DNA from: a bacterium
GTDB lineage: Bacteria > SAR324 > NAC60-12
DNA: 64,000 bases
Reading direction: 5' to 3'
Assembly (NCBI GenBank): GCA_965205865.1
Contig: CBDBHR010000028.1
Location: 352,001-416,000 of the forward strand
Shown here: one piece after another, positions 1 to 8,245 of the stretch
Position numbering within the stretch: the first letter of the stretch is position 1
Layout of the letters: each line of letters begins with the position of its first letter
Position numbers and translations under genes: made by a program
The notes under the pieces: model-generated
The model's database searches: none
Seen by the model: only the letters and a program-made list of their open reading frames with translations
Told to the model about the DNA's origin: nothing

Positions 1-297
1 CTTTCCGTCAATGGAATCCAGGGAAAGATCGCCAATTTTAGTAAGCGCCTCCTTCAAACCATCGAGGATGGTTGCTTTCGTCTCGGGATGTCGTCCGGCG
101 CGATTGCCACCATCGATATAACAGGGGGTCGGGTATCCGTTGTCGTCCCCCGCCGGAGTTTCTGAAAAGAGGACGTGCACGAATTTTCGAGGCGCGTTGG
201 TAATATTGCAATGTACGTCGGTAAAGGCATGGGCGATTTGATTACGCTGTTCTTGCGAAAGCGTTCCCGTGGGAGTGTTGCAGCGATAGACAGGCAT
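1..297 (-). CDS. Tautomerase superfamily protein, cis-CaaD-like (partial, runs off left edge)
   Basis: Not in the ORF track. Manual translation gives MPVYRCNTPTG...FTDVH...GGNRAGRHPE, with Pro-1 after Met removal, His-28 and an RxxR pair as in cis-CaaD-type tautomerases. Confidence 0.75.
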   Translation of the reverse strand, partial: MPVYRCNTPTGTLSQEQRNQIAHAFTDVHCNITNAPRKFVHVLFSETPAGDDNGYPTPCYIDGGNRAGRHPETKATILDGLKEALTKIGDLSLDSIDGK

Positions 298-328
298 TTT
301 CTTTCCATTCTGAATGAGATTTTATTCA

Positions 329-658
329 TCAGCCCAGGTAATGGCGATCTCTGACTGATACAACGATTTCGTCTGGGGAACAACTGGTGATTGCGCACCA
401 CATGTCCCCTATCTTACGTAATAGTTTGACACGAACTGCTTGCTCGCATCCGTCGATACTTCCCCTGACCAATGACGTGCCGGAAAGCTCACCGCCCCGA
501 AAGCCGAACCCTTTGGGAATCTCGTTGAAATCGACCTCCACGTCATGGAGTGATCCACCGAGGATTGAAGTACTTATGCGAGCCAACTCTGCGGCCAACC
601 CGGGTCGAACTTCCTCCGGGACAAATCCTTCTTGCACGATACAATTAAAATCAATCAT
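329..658 (-). CDS. Hypothetical protein, probable tautomerase-like fold without Pro-1
   Basis: Start MIDFNCIVQEG has a GGAGGAG RBS and overlaps the amidohydrolase stop (ATGA). The 109-aa pattern resembles the neighbouring tautomerase. Confidence 0.55.
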   Translation of the reverse strand: MIDFNCIVQEGFVPEEVRPGLAAELARISTSILGGSLHDVEVDFNEIPKGFGFRGGELSGTSLVRGSIDGCEQAVRVKLLRKIGDMWCAITSCSPDEIVVSVRDRHYLG

Positions 659-1677
659 TGTCTCTCCTCCATGCGGTAGAGTCGCACGGCAGTACCCCGT
701 AAGAGAGCATCTTGTTCGGATTCGGAAAAGCGGGCCGCAATCTTCTTGAATGCATTCCACAGCACGTGATAAGAAACCGAGACTTTTTCTACGGGGAAAT
801 TACTTTCGAACATACAGCGCTCGGGGCCGAAGTGTTCGATCATATGCAAATAATAAGGACTGTGCGCTGACACGATTTCGTTCGAAGTGGCTGGTTTTTC
901 CGCGCTGTCCCAGCCAAAACCATTGATGGGCATGGCCATTCCTCCCAGTTTGGCGACCACGTTGGGGCAACGAGCAAGACTGGCAATGTCCTGTCTCCAT
1001 TTATAAAAAACTTCATCGCGATATCCGGCATAGGGACCAATGCCCAGAGGACCTCCCAAGTGGTCAAGAATGATCGTCGTTTCCGGAAACTTGTGGGCCA
1101 GCTCAGTCAAATCGGGTATATCGGGATGATACAACCAGGCGTCGAAGCTCAGTCCCAGTGGAGCCAGACAAGCAAACCCTTCATGAAATTTCGGATTGGT
1201 ATAGAGATTGGGAGGGGGAGCGATGCGAGAATTTTCAATGGCTTCACTGGCACTCCAACTGCCATGGTGGCGAATGCCTCGAAACCACCCTTTACTCGCG
1301 TCGATGTGAGCTTGCAAAACGTCTTGAATTGGCGTTCCCTGAGATAAATCGGCATGACTGACTATGGCGCCGATATGGGCCGCATTGACATTGCGCCGGG
1401 TTTGCTCGATCGATTCTACGACAAAACGGGTCTCACCCACTGGCCTCATCATTGCGGGACCGCCGGTGAAATAGTCTGCCACGCAGTCGATGAACACGGT
1501 TTGCTCGATGTGATGGCCACTACCCGTATCTTCCCACAAGTCTTCCACCAGGTATTGTTCACGGCGGTGATCCTTACGCCACAGATGATGATGGGCATCC
1601 ACCAAAGGTCGCTCGGGATCGACAATCTCTTCTTTAACTCGAGCTAACCAACTTTTCAGTTCTTTCACGGTTTTCAT
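655..1677 (-). CDS. Amidohydrolase family protein (amidohydro_2 type)
   Basis: DAHHHLW, ILDHLGG and MFESNFPV motifs; start taken at MKTVKEL. Confidence 0.85.
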   Translation of the reverse strand: MKTVKELKSWLARVKEEIVDPERPLVDAHHHLWRKDHRREQYLVEDLWEDTGSGHHIEQTVFIDCVADYFTGGPAMMRPVGETRFVVESIEQTRRNVNAAHIGAIVSHADLSQGTPIQDVLQAHIDASKGWFRGIRHHGSWSASEAIENSRIAPPPNLYTNPKFHEGFACLAPLGLSFDAWLYHPDIPDLTELAHKFPETTIILDHLGGPLGIGPYAGYRDEVFYKWRQDIASLARCPNVVAKLGGMAMPINGFGWDSAEKPATSNEIVSAHSPYYLHMIEHFGPERCMFESNFPVEKVSVSYHVLWNAFKKIAARFSESEQDALLRGTAVRLYRMEERQ

Positions 1678-1720
1678 AAATTTATTTATAGTAAAGGTCG
1701 TATTGAATACGCTTCCCAAT

Positions 1721-2989
1721 TCAATCAACAATGGCTTGATAGGCCAGTACGCGGAAATCATCACTGACAGCATAATACCCTTCCGGCATCAATTGGGAAA
1801 GGACGATGCCGATAAACTCTTCCACGGGATCGATCCAAAAGTAGGTCGAGGCCGCACCACCCCAGCCATATTCACCCAATGATCCGGGTACTTGACTTCG
1901 TCCCAAATCAATAAGGACTCGCACACCCAAACCATAACCATAACCCTTAAATACATTGCCGTTGATATCGAAGGGCAATAGAGACTGAGGGAGATGATTG
2001 GTGGTCATCAATTCAATGGTTTTTCTCCCCAAAATCCTTTCTCCTTCCAACTCTCCGTGATTGAGAAGCATTCGGCAGAATTGCAGATAATCGGCTGCTG
2101 TGGAGACCAAGCCGTGACCGCCTCGGAAAGTCCCATGCTTGTGGAATTCCAAATCTTTCTCCGGGTTGGATAACCTGCGAAATTGATTTTGATCCGCCAA
2201 TTCCCATGTCCTGCTCGATTTGGGATTCTCTGAGTCGCCCGCGCCAATTAATGAGACAAATCGATCGTGTTTTTCCGCAGGGACGTAATAGGCAGTGTCA
2301 GGCATGTTCAAGGGTTGGAAGATCTTTTCATCGAGAAATTGGTCCAAAGGCTGATCGCCCAGCACTTCAATCAAGCGGGCAATCACGTCATGAGAAAAGC
2401 TGTAGCGCCATTCGGAACCCGGATGAAAAGCCAAGGGCATCTGCAGTAAATCTGCTACGAATTCTTCCAGAGGTTTATTGGAAGTAATCTCATTTTCCCG
2501 GTACATATCTTCGACCGGACCATTTTCCAAAAAAGAATATGTCAATCCGGAAGTATGGGTCAGCAAATCGCAGACAGTCACTTCCCGGATAGGATCGACC
2601 AAATTCGAGGCGCGGAACACGGTTCGCTTGTTGACCTGATTTCGGCGGCGCGTCATTTCGTCGCAGAAAACTTTTAACTTACTGAAACCGGGAATGTACC
2701 AGGAAACCGGATCGAAAAGTTGGAATTTTCCTTGCTCATAAAGCGTTAACAGGGCTGCGCAGATGACAGGTTTTGTCATGGAATAAAGGCGAAATATGGC
2801 ATCGATGGCCAAGGGATGACGCTGTTCGGGGTCCAAGTAACCAAATGCATGATGGTACGCCAATTCTCCCTTGCGATAAAGCAGAGTTACTATTCCCGGT
2901 AAGCGCGTGTTGGCTACATAATTTTCCATGAGGGGATTGATCTGCCGGAGCCGTTGCGAAGCCAGTCCCCCTTTGATCTTTTCATTCAT
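1721..2989 (-). CDS. Serine hydrolase, beta-lactamase-related family
   Basis: YSMTK (SxxK), LLTHTSGL, WRYS and YGWGGAAST motifs. Confidence 0.9.
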   Translation of the reverse strand: MNEKIKGGLASQRLRQINPLMENYVANTRLPGIVTLLYRKGELAYHHAFGYLDPEQRHPLAIDAIFRLYSMTKPVICAALLTLYEQGKFQLFDPVSWYIPGFSKLKVFCDEMTRRRNQVNKRTVFRASNLVDPIREVTVCDLLTHTSGLTYSFLENGPVEDMYRENEITSNKPLEEFVADLLQMPLAFHPGSEWRYSFSHDVIARLIEVLGDQPLDQFLDEKIFQPLNMPDTAYYVPAEKHDRFVSLIGAGDSENPKSSRTWELADQNQFRRLSNPEKDLEFHKHGTFRGGHGLVSTAADYLQFCRMLLNHGELEGERILGRKTIELMTTNHLPQSLLPFDINGNVFKGYGYGLGVRVLIDLGRSQVPGSLGEYGWGGAASTYFWIDPVEEFIGIVLSQLMPEGYYAVSDDFRVLAYQAIVD

Positions 2990-3240
2990 GCGGATGGTCT
3001 CTGTTTATTTATTATAAAATGGATTTGGTTCGAAAGACCTTCTTTGATATCTCCCCGACTGAGAGAAGTCAAGAAAATATTTGGACAGAGCAATTGAATC
3101 GCCATCGAATTGGACGGAGTTGAAGCAGATATTTAAAAGAAAATCGTTCTACCCGGTTGTCTTTTCTTGACATCTCTGATGGAGGGGGCTATTACAACAA
3201 AGTTTCTATAGAAATTTTTAACAAATTACAGGAGAAGAAA

Positions 3241-4221
3241 ATGAATGACAATACCCGAGTATATATGGGCGGCATTGGTCAATCCGTATGGCGCAGCGTG
3301 AATGGGGGACACAACTGGAATATGAGTTGGTATCCTGACATGTACGTAGAATGCGAAGTACGGGCGTTGGCGGTTCATCCGGACAATCCTCAGATACTTT
3401 TCGCAGGTACCAATGATGGTTGCCTGCGTACCACGGACGGAGGGGAAACGTGGTACCGGCTCGACAGTGGCATGGACGACCGGGCGATCTGGTCCCTGGC
3501 CATCTTACCGGACGATCCTCAGATAGTTCTGGCAGGAACCTGGCCGCCGGATTTGTTTCGTTCTACCGATGGGGGCGATACCTGGGAGTGTCTCGACGTT
3601 GGAATGAACCAGCGTTGCGATGGAATCGTATACAACCGGGTGACCGTCCTGAAGCCCGACCCGTATATCCCGGGTCGGGTCTGGGCCGGGGTGGAAATCG
3701 ACGGCATGTACCGCAGTGACGACAGCGGTAAAACATGGACCCGATTCGTCGACGGCTTGTCCTCGCTGGACGTCCACGGGATGGCTATCGTGCCGGGCAA
3801 TGGCAGTGCCCAGTCGGTATTGGTGGTGACGGATAACAATTTGAATCTGAGCACGGACGATGGAGAAAACTGGCATCCGCAAAACGTCAATAAGAACTTC
3901 CCCTGGACTTATTGCCGGGGAATCAAAGAAATGCCGGGCCGGCCGGAAGTGCTTTTCATGGGAAATGGGGACGCGCCCCCAGGTTCTTTTGGAGCTGGTT
4001 GGCGTTCGCAAGATGGCGGAAAAAGCTGGCAGAAACTTGCCCTGCCCGTCGAACCGAATTCAACCGTTTGGGATTTCGCCGTCCATCCTGCCGATCCGAA
4101 TCGAATTTATGCCTATACCTTGTTTGGACAAATATTCCTCTCCACGGATGGAGGTGACAGTTGGGAATTACTGCGGCGCACATTCGGTGAAATCCGCGCC
4201 CTGGCCTGGGCTCCCGCTTAA
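3241..4221 (+). CDS. BNR/Ycf48-like beta-propeller repeat protein
   Basis: Repeated SxDGGxTW (Asp-box) motifs; AGGAG RBS before MNDNTRV. Confidence 0.85.
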   Translation: MNDNTRVYMGGIGQSVWRSVNGGHNWNMSWYPDMYVECEVRALAVHPDNPQILFAGTNDGCLRTTDGGETWYRLDSGMDDRAIWSLAILPDDPQIVLAGTWPPDLFRSTDGGDTWECLDVGMNQRCDGIVYNRVTVLKPDPYIPGRVWAGVEIDGMYRSDDSGKTWTRFVDGLSSLDVHGMAIVPGNGSAQSVLVVTDNNLNLSTDDGENWHPQNVNKNFPWTYCRGIKEMPGRPEVLFMGNGDAPPGSFGAGWRSQDGGKSWQKLALPVEPNSTVWDFAVHPADPNRIYAYTLFGQIFLSTDGGDSWELLRRTFGEIRALAWAPA

Positions 4222-4344
4222 GCATTCGACTCCTTCTTGGAAAAGCAATTCTCTTTTAACCAGTTTTGCCACAGTCTCCGGAGACAGTCGAGCTACTATC
4301 ACTTGGAGAGTGTGGCAATGTCATACCGCACTTTCGATTGCGCC

Positions 4345-5377
4345 TTAGAATCGTATTCCGAGATTGACCACTGCGGAGTATTCCTGGTTCTCGGCATTCA
4401 GCCCAGCCATAGAAAATTCGGCGCTGAGCGAGAGGCGGCCTTGGTGATAGGCGCCGCCGAGACCGATCAGAATGCGGGTTTTCCCGGATTCCGACTCGAT
4501 CTTCTCACCCGAGACCTCGACGGTATTAACCTCGCCGTCGAAGATATGTTCGACGTCCAACGATCCATGCAAGGAGAGATTCCCTCTCTCCCACGCGCGC
4601 CCGGTCTTCGCTACCACCCCGAGGCCGCCTGTAAGGCGATTCGCGTCCGGGAATGAGGCTCGAGCGTTCACCGCGTCTACGAATTTTTCGACGGAAACCC
4701 CCGAACGAGACATCCACACGCGGGAGGTGAACTCCTTTTGCTCGTCCATCACGGTGCTCTGGCCTGCCTCGACATAGAGGGAATGGGCGTATCCGTTAAC
4801 GTCCTCCTTGAGCAGCCCCCTCTTGCGCGAGGAGAGGCTTATGGTGTAGTCCGTCAGTGAGAAACGACTGACTGCATAAGCATTGTCCGCACTTCTCCAG
4901 TGGACGCCAAGCGAGGCACCCGTTCCCGATACGCTAATCTCCTCTTATGCTGACGTCAAACGCGACATTCGGAGCCGAATTACCTGTTGCTCCGGTTGCA
5001 CCGTCGTGGAGCTTCACGTCGTTGACCACGATGGTGGTCTGACCAGCGTCGTTGATGATCCAGGAGTTACCGATTACTTTATGCAACTGGCGACCATCGA
5101 GATTCATGTCGACATAGAGCTTAGGATTATCGCCCGTCGTGCGAATGGCGATGCCGGAATCCGCGCCCACGGTTCCCCGCGGTCCGATGTAGACCCGGCC
5201 GCCGCCCACGAGAAACACACCTGCCGCGTCGCCGGAGCCGCCGAACACTCGGCCGTTCAGATTGACCATCTGCCGGCGGTAGCCCTCATCGTCTACTCCG
5301 GCCACGCGCTCCACCATGCCATCCGCGTTAACCACTCCCACATGGACGCCGCTCGCGCCCATGCCGGGCACACACAA
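4345..5377 (-). pseudogene. Autotransporter remnant (passenger fragment plus partial beta-barrel)
   Basis: C-terminus VVNLGIRF is a typical beta-signal. The barrel frame extends up to about 4935, where it joins a Gly-rich passenger fragment out of frame; the 5' end is missing. Confidence 0.7.
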
Positions 5378-5386
5378 TTGAATTGA

Positions 5387-5482
5387 GAATGATGTGAGAC
5401 CCTACGCTTTTTTCCAAGATTCTGCAAGATTGATATTTCATCTCAATTTCAAAATTCAGTGTTGGTCTCACGCCTCTCATTC
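5387..5482. mobile_element. Possible MITE / IS-end remnant
   Basis: Inverted repeat GTGAGACC (5394-5401) / GGTCTCAC (5464-5471) with imperfect extension, next to the autotransporter truncation point. Confidence 0.3.
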
Positions 5483-5520
5483 AGGTCGATAGCCTAAAAT
5501 CGCTCGCGATTTTAGGCTAT

Positions 5521-5673
5521 CGCCTGCTGTTGAGGGCTTCGCTCTCTCACGACTTGATAGCCGGACGCTCCGCTAAAATCGGCTATCAAGTCGTTCGAGC
5601 CGCTCCGGTGGTACCTTCCACGAACAAGTTCGTTCCGGAGCTCATCCTCGAGGCTCAACAGCAGGCGTTATTT
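5521..5673 (+). other. attC-like site upstream of hicBA cassette
   Basis: Perfect 14-bp inverted repeat CGCCTGCTGTTGAG / CTCAACAGCAGGCG ending in G^TTATTT, with nested hairpins inside. R'' is not intact. Confidence 0.5.
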
Positions 5674-5770
5674 GCTCGATTCATCGCTGCAATAAGCTAT
5701 TTGAATTCTGAACCCAGTCCGTTAAAGTCAATCATGTTAAACTATCAGAAAACTCTTAATAGGAGACTCT

Positions 5771-5977
5771 ATGAAACAAAACTTTTCAGCAAGTGTATGG
5801 AAAGAAGGAAATTGGTTTATTGCCCAATGTTTACAAGTTGATGTCGCCAGTCAGGGTGAAACAGAGCAAGACGCATTACAAAATCTCAGCGAAGCCTTAG
5901 CATTACACTTTGAATCATCCACTGCTACTCAAATTCCTGATATCCATACATTAGAAATTGAAATCGATGGCGCTTAG
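5771..5977 (+). CDS. hicB: HicB-family antitoxin (short)
   Basis: WFIAQC...VASQGETEQDALQNLSEALALHF motif; AGGAG RBS. Confidence 0.85.
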   Translation: MKQNFSASVWKEGNWFIAQCLQVDVASQGETEQDALQNLSEALALHFESSTATQIPDIHTLEIEIDGA

Positions 5978-6188
5978 TCCCCTACCTTATCGCGTTATTA
6001 AAAGTAAACTCGAAGCGGCTGGTTTCGTTGAAGTCAGTCAAAAAGGAAGTCATGTCAAGTTTGTAAAAGAAACGGAACAAGAGATTTGGACAACTATCGT
6101 TCCTCATCACAAAGAAGTTTCCGTTGGGACGCTTCGTAGTATCCTGAGACAAGCTGGAATCAGTCCGGATGAGTTTGAAGATTTATAG
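5967..6188 (+). CDS. hicA: HicA-family toxin
   Basis: GF...QKGSHVKF and TIVPHH...GTLRSILRQAG motifs. Confidence 0.9.
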   Translation: MALSPLPYRVIKSKLEAAGFVEVSQKGSHVKFVKETEQEIWTTIVPHHKEVSVGTLRSILRQAGISPDEFEDL

Positions 6189-6200
6189 AAGCAGGGACGC

Positions 6201-6288
6201 AAATAACAAGCCAGTCCAGTGTATTTCGGGGGTGCCGGTCGTTCCTCCCTCTGCTCCGCTCAAACACTGACAAATTGGCTGGTTTTAT
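6201..6288 (+). other. attC-like site closing hicBA cassette
   Basis: GCAAATAAC (6199-6207) is the exact complement of GTTATTTGC (5667-5675). Inner boxes GTCCAGTGT / ACACTGAC pair with one extra base. Confidence 0.55.
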
Positions 6289-6324
6289 TGGTAAAATGAA
6301 AGAGATAGATGATCCATCTGGAGA

Positions 6325-6420
6325 ATAGGTCAATTCATGAACTACCGGATGGCCTTACAACATGAAGATCCTGAACGCATCCTTTATCTTGCTGTTCCTC
6401 TAGATACTTATGAGTCATTT
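6325..6420 (+). pseudogene. XisH-family fragment
   Basis: Translates to IGQFMNYRMALQHEDPERILYLAVPLDTYESF, matching the XisH core motif. Confidence 0.65.
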
Positions 6421-6676
6421 TAATAGCCGCTTAGCCAGAAAAACACTCGCTTTCTCCAAAGACCTGCGCATGTACCAGGCTTCCGCTGCTTGGGAAGACC
6501 TCTATTTTAAGCTGGGGCGTTCTCTGAAAACCTTACGACTCAAAGTGCTCGACGATCCAAGACGGCGATGGCAACCTCGCACACCCGCAATGGCTGCTAG
6601 CTTAACAAATCATATCTGGACTGTCAAAGAACTTTTAACCGTTATTGCCCCTCCCAACACTTGAGAGGGAGACTAT
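6421..6676 (+). mobile_element. IS1-family transposase 3' remnant
   Basis: RLARKTLAFSK...RTPAMAASLTNHIWTVKELL C-terminus. Confidence 0.7.
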
Positions 6677-6766
6677 CCCCATTTCCACTAGCAGAAAACA
6701 GGGGAAATCCATGCTCGAGTTGCTCACTCGGGCTTTGCATCCCCCGGATCAAGTCCGGGACAGGCT

Positions 6767-7456
6767 GTGCGCCAGGAAAGCTGGCAAGAAATAGAGAGTG
6801 AAAGTCTCTTACTCGGTAAGGCAGTAACGACCCGCCGAGTCCCCGAGTCATGAGTGGTTATTCGCAAGGATAGGCGCTAAGCGTTGACAGGGGAGAACAT
6901 AGGCTCGGTATTGAGCTCCGAAATCATAGTTTCAGGTGCTGACCTTGTAGTCTGGTGGGGAAGGCAACATCAACCGAAGGCGTTAGCGTGAGTCCCGGTC
7001 GAGCCTGGCGGAGTCGAAGACCCGGCGCATGTGTGGAAGTTTCTTGATCGGAACCTGGGAGATCCTGAAGACGACTGTCAACATTCTATTGGTAGTCGGA
7101 TCGGGAAAATTAATAAATAACCCCGATATCTACGTCTTCAGGAAGTCGGACAAGTTCGTAGTAGCGATGAAGCGGCGAACAATGAGATCGTTTGTAGAGT
7201 AACAATGCAAAGGAAATCAACGGAGCCTGTGGAGCAAAGGGACTTGGCTGAGAGGAATTCTGCTTGCCCTCCTGTGTTCGGAACTCAGAGGCCGGTAAAA
7301 TCAGAGAGCGGTTCAAGCAGGGTGCGCCAAACGGCAACGTTTGAGCGTCTGACTCGAAGCAGGAGCCGGATGCGTTAGCAGCGCACGTCCGGATCTGTAC
7401 CGGAGGAATGACGAAAGGTGGCTGGAAACCACTATAAGTCAGTTCTTTACGGTGAC
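6767..7456 (+). mobile_element. ORF-less group II intron (IIB, bacterial class E-like)
   Basis: 5' GTGCG; domain V GAGCCGGATGCGTTAGCAGCGCACGTCCGGATCTG at about 7363 (AGC triad); 3' end GGTGAC; 690 nt with no RT ORF. Confidence 0.85.
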
Positions 7457-7479
7457 TCACCTGCTCCTCCTTGTTACTG

Positions 7480-7670
7480 AAACTCTCCTTTTTTTTAAAC
7501 GTTCCGCCCCCTGCGTGGCCAAAAGTATTCATAGCAAACGTAGCATCGTCAATGCGATTTTGTATGTCCTGAAAACAGGTTGTCAGTGGAGCATGCTTGC
7601 TCATGATTTACCTCCCTGGCAAAGCGTTTACGATCATTATCGCCGTTGGAAAAACGCTGGACTGTGGAGC
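7480..7670 (+). pseudogene. IS5-family transposase N-terminal fragment
   Basis: IVNAILYVLKTGCQWSMLAHDLPPWQSVYDHYRRWK motif. Confidence 0.8.
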
Positions 7671-7860
7671 GAACATTCGCTTTTTGGCTCATGCCGAAGA
7701 TGGACCACAATATATCTTTTTATAGCTGATCACCATTGTTGCGCAATTCTCCTGATCCAAACTTGCTATAGGCTTTGCGCCGCGTAGTAGTGCTGAAATC
7801 ATGCCATGTTGTTTCCGGGAAAGAGAGAATTTCCGCTCGTTTGATTCAAAATTAGCTGTG

Positions 7861-7980
7861 GAGGGTTCCCGCTTGATCGATTGAACAATACCCTGGGAGG
7901 ATGTGAAAACGATGGATCCTTGCCGGGAATCTTTTTTAAACGTTATTGAACTGAACGGCTTCTGACTGTCCCCGGATTTG
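7861..7980. repeat. Dispersed ~110-bp repeat, copy A
   Basis: Similar to 8106-8223 and 14555-14656 (GAAAACGAT..GAT...CCGGGAATCTTTTT..TTATTGAA). Confidence 0.8.
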
Positions 7981-8041
7981 AGCAGATTTATTGATTTTTT
8001 ATTTTTTTTTGCGAATCCCGCATTTATTTTGCCTTGGGGGG

Positions 8042-8073
8042 TTGACATTGGGTTGTTGTTGTTGTGCTAGGAT
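8042..8073 (+). promoter_or_regulatory. Sigma70-like promoter candidate for ABC operon 1
   Basis: TTGACA - 20 nt containing (GTT)4 - TAGGAT, with an extended -10 TG. Confidence 0.4.
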
Positions 8074-8105
8074 CATGCCTTCGCTAAGTTGTTTTAGTGA
8101 ATGAG

Positions 8106-8223
8106 AGGGTTCCCGATCGATTGAGCAATATCGTGAGAGGAATTGAAAACGATCGATCCTCCCCGGGAATCTTTTTTCAATGTTATTGAAATGAACGGAT
8201 TTTTCTGAGACCTGAATAGTTAC
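8106..8223. repeat. Dispersed repeat, copy B, ending in IS/MITE-like terminus CTGAATAGTTAC
   Basis: Direct comparison with copies A and C. Confidence 0.8.
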
Positions 8224-8245
8224 CCCTCAGTAAAAAAAGGACCCT

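Noticed and set aside
1721-2989. Antibiotic-resistance beta-lactamase
   Set aside because: No signal peptide; generic esterase-like serine hydrolase in a catabolic context.
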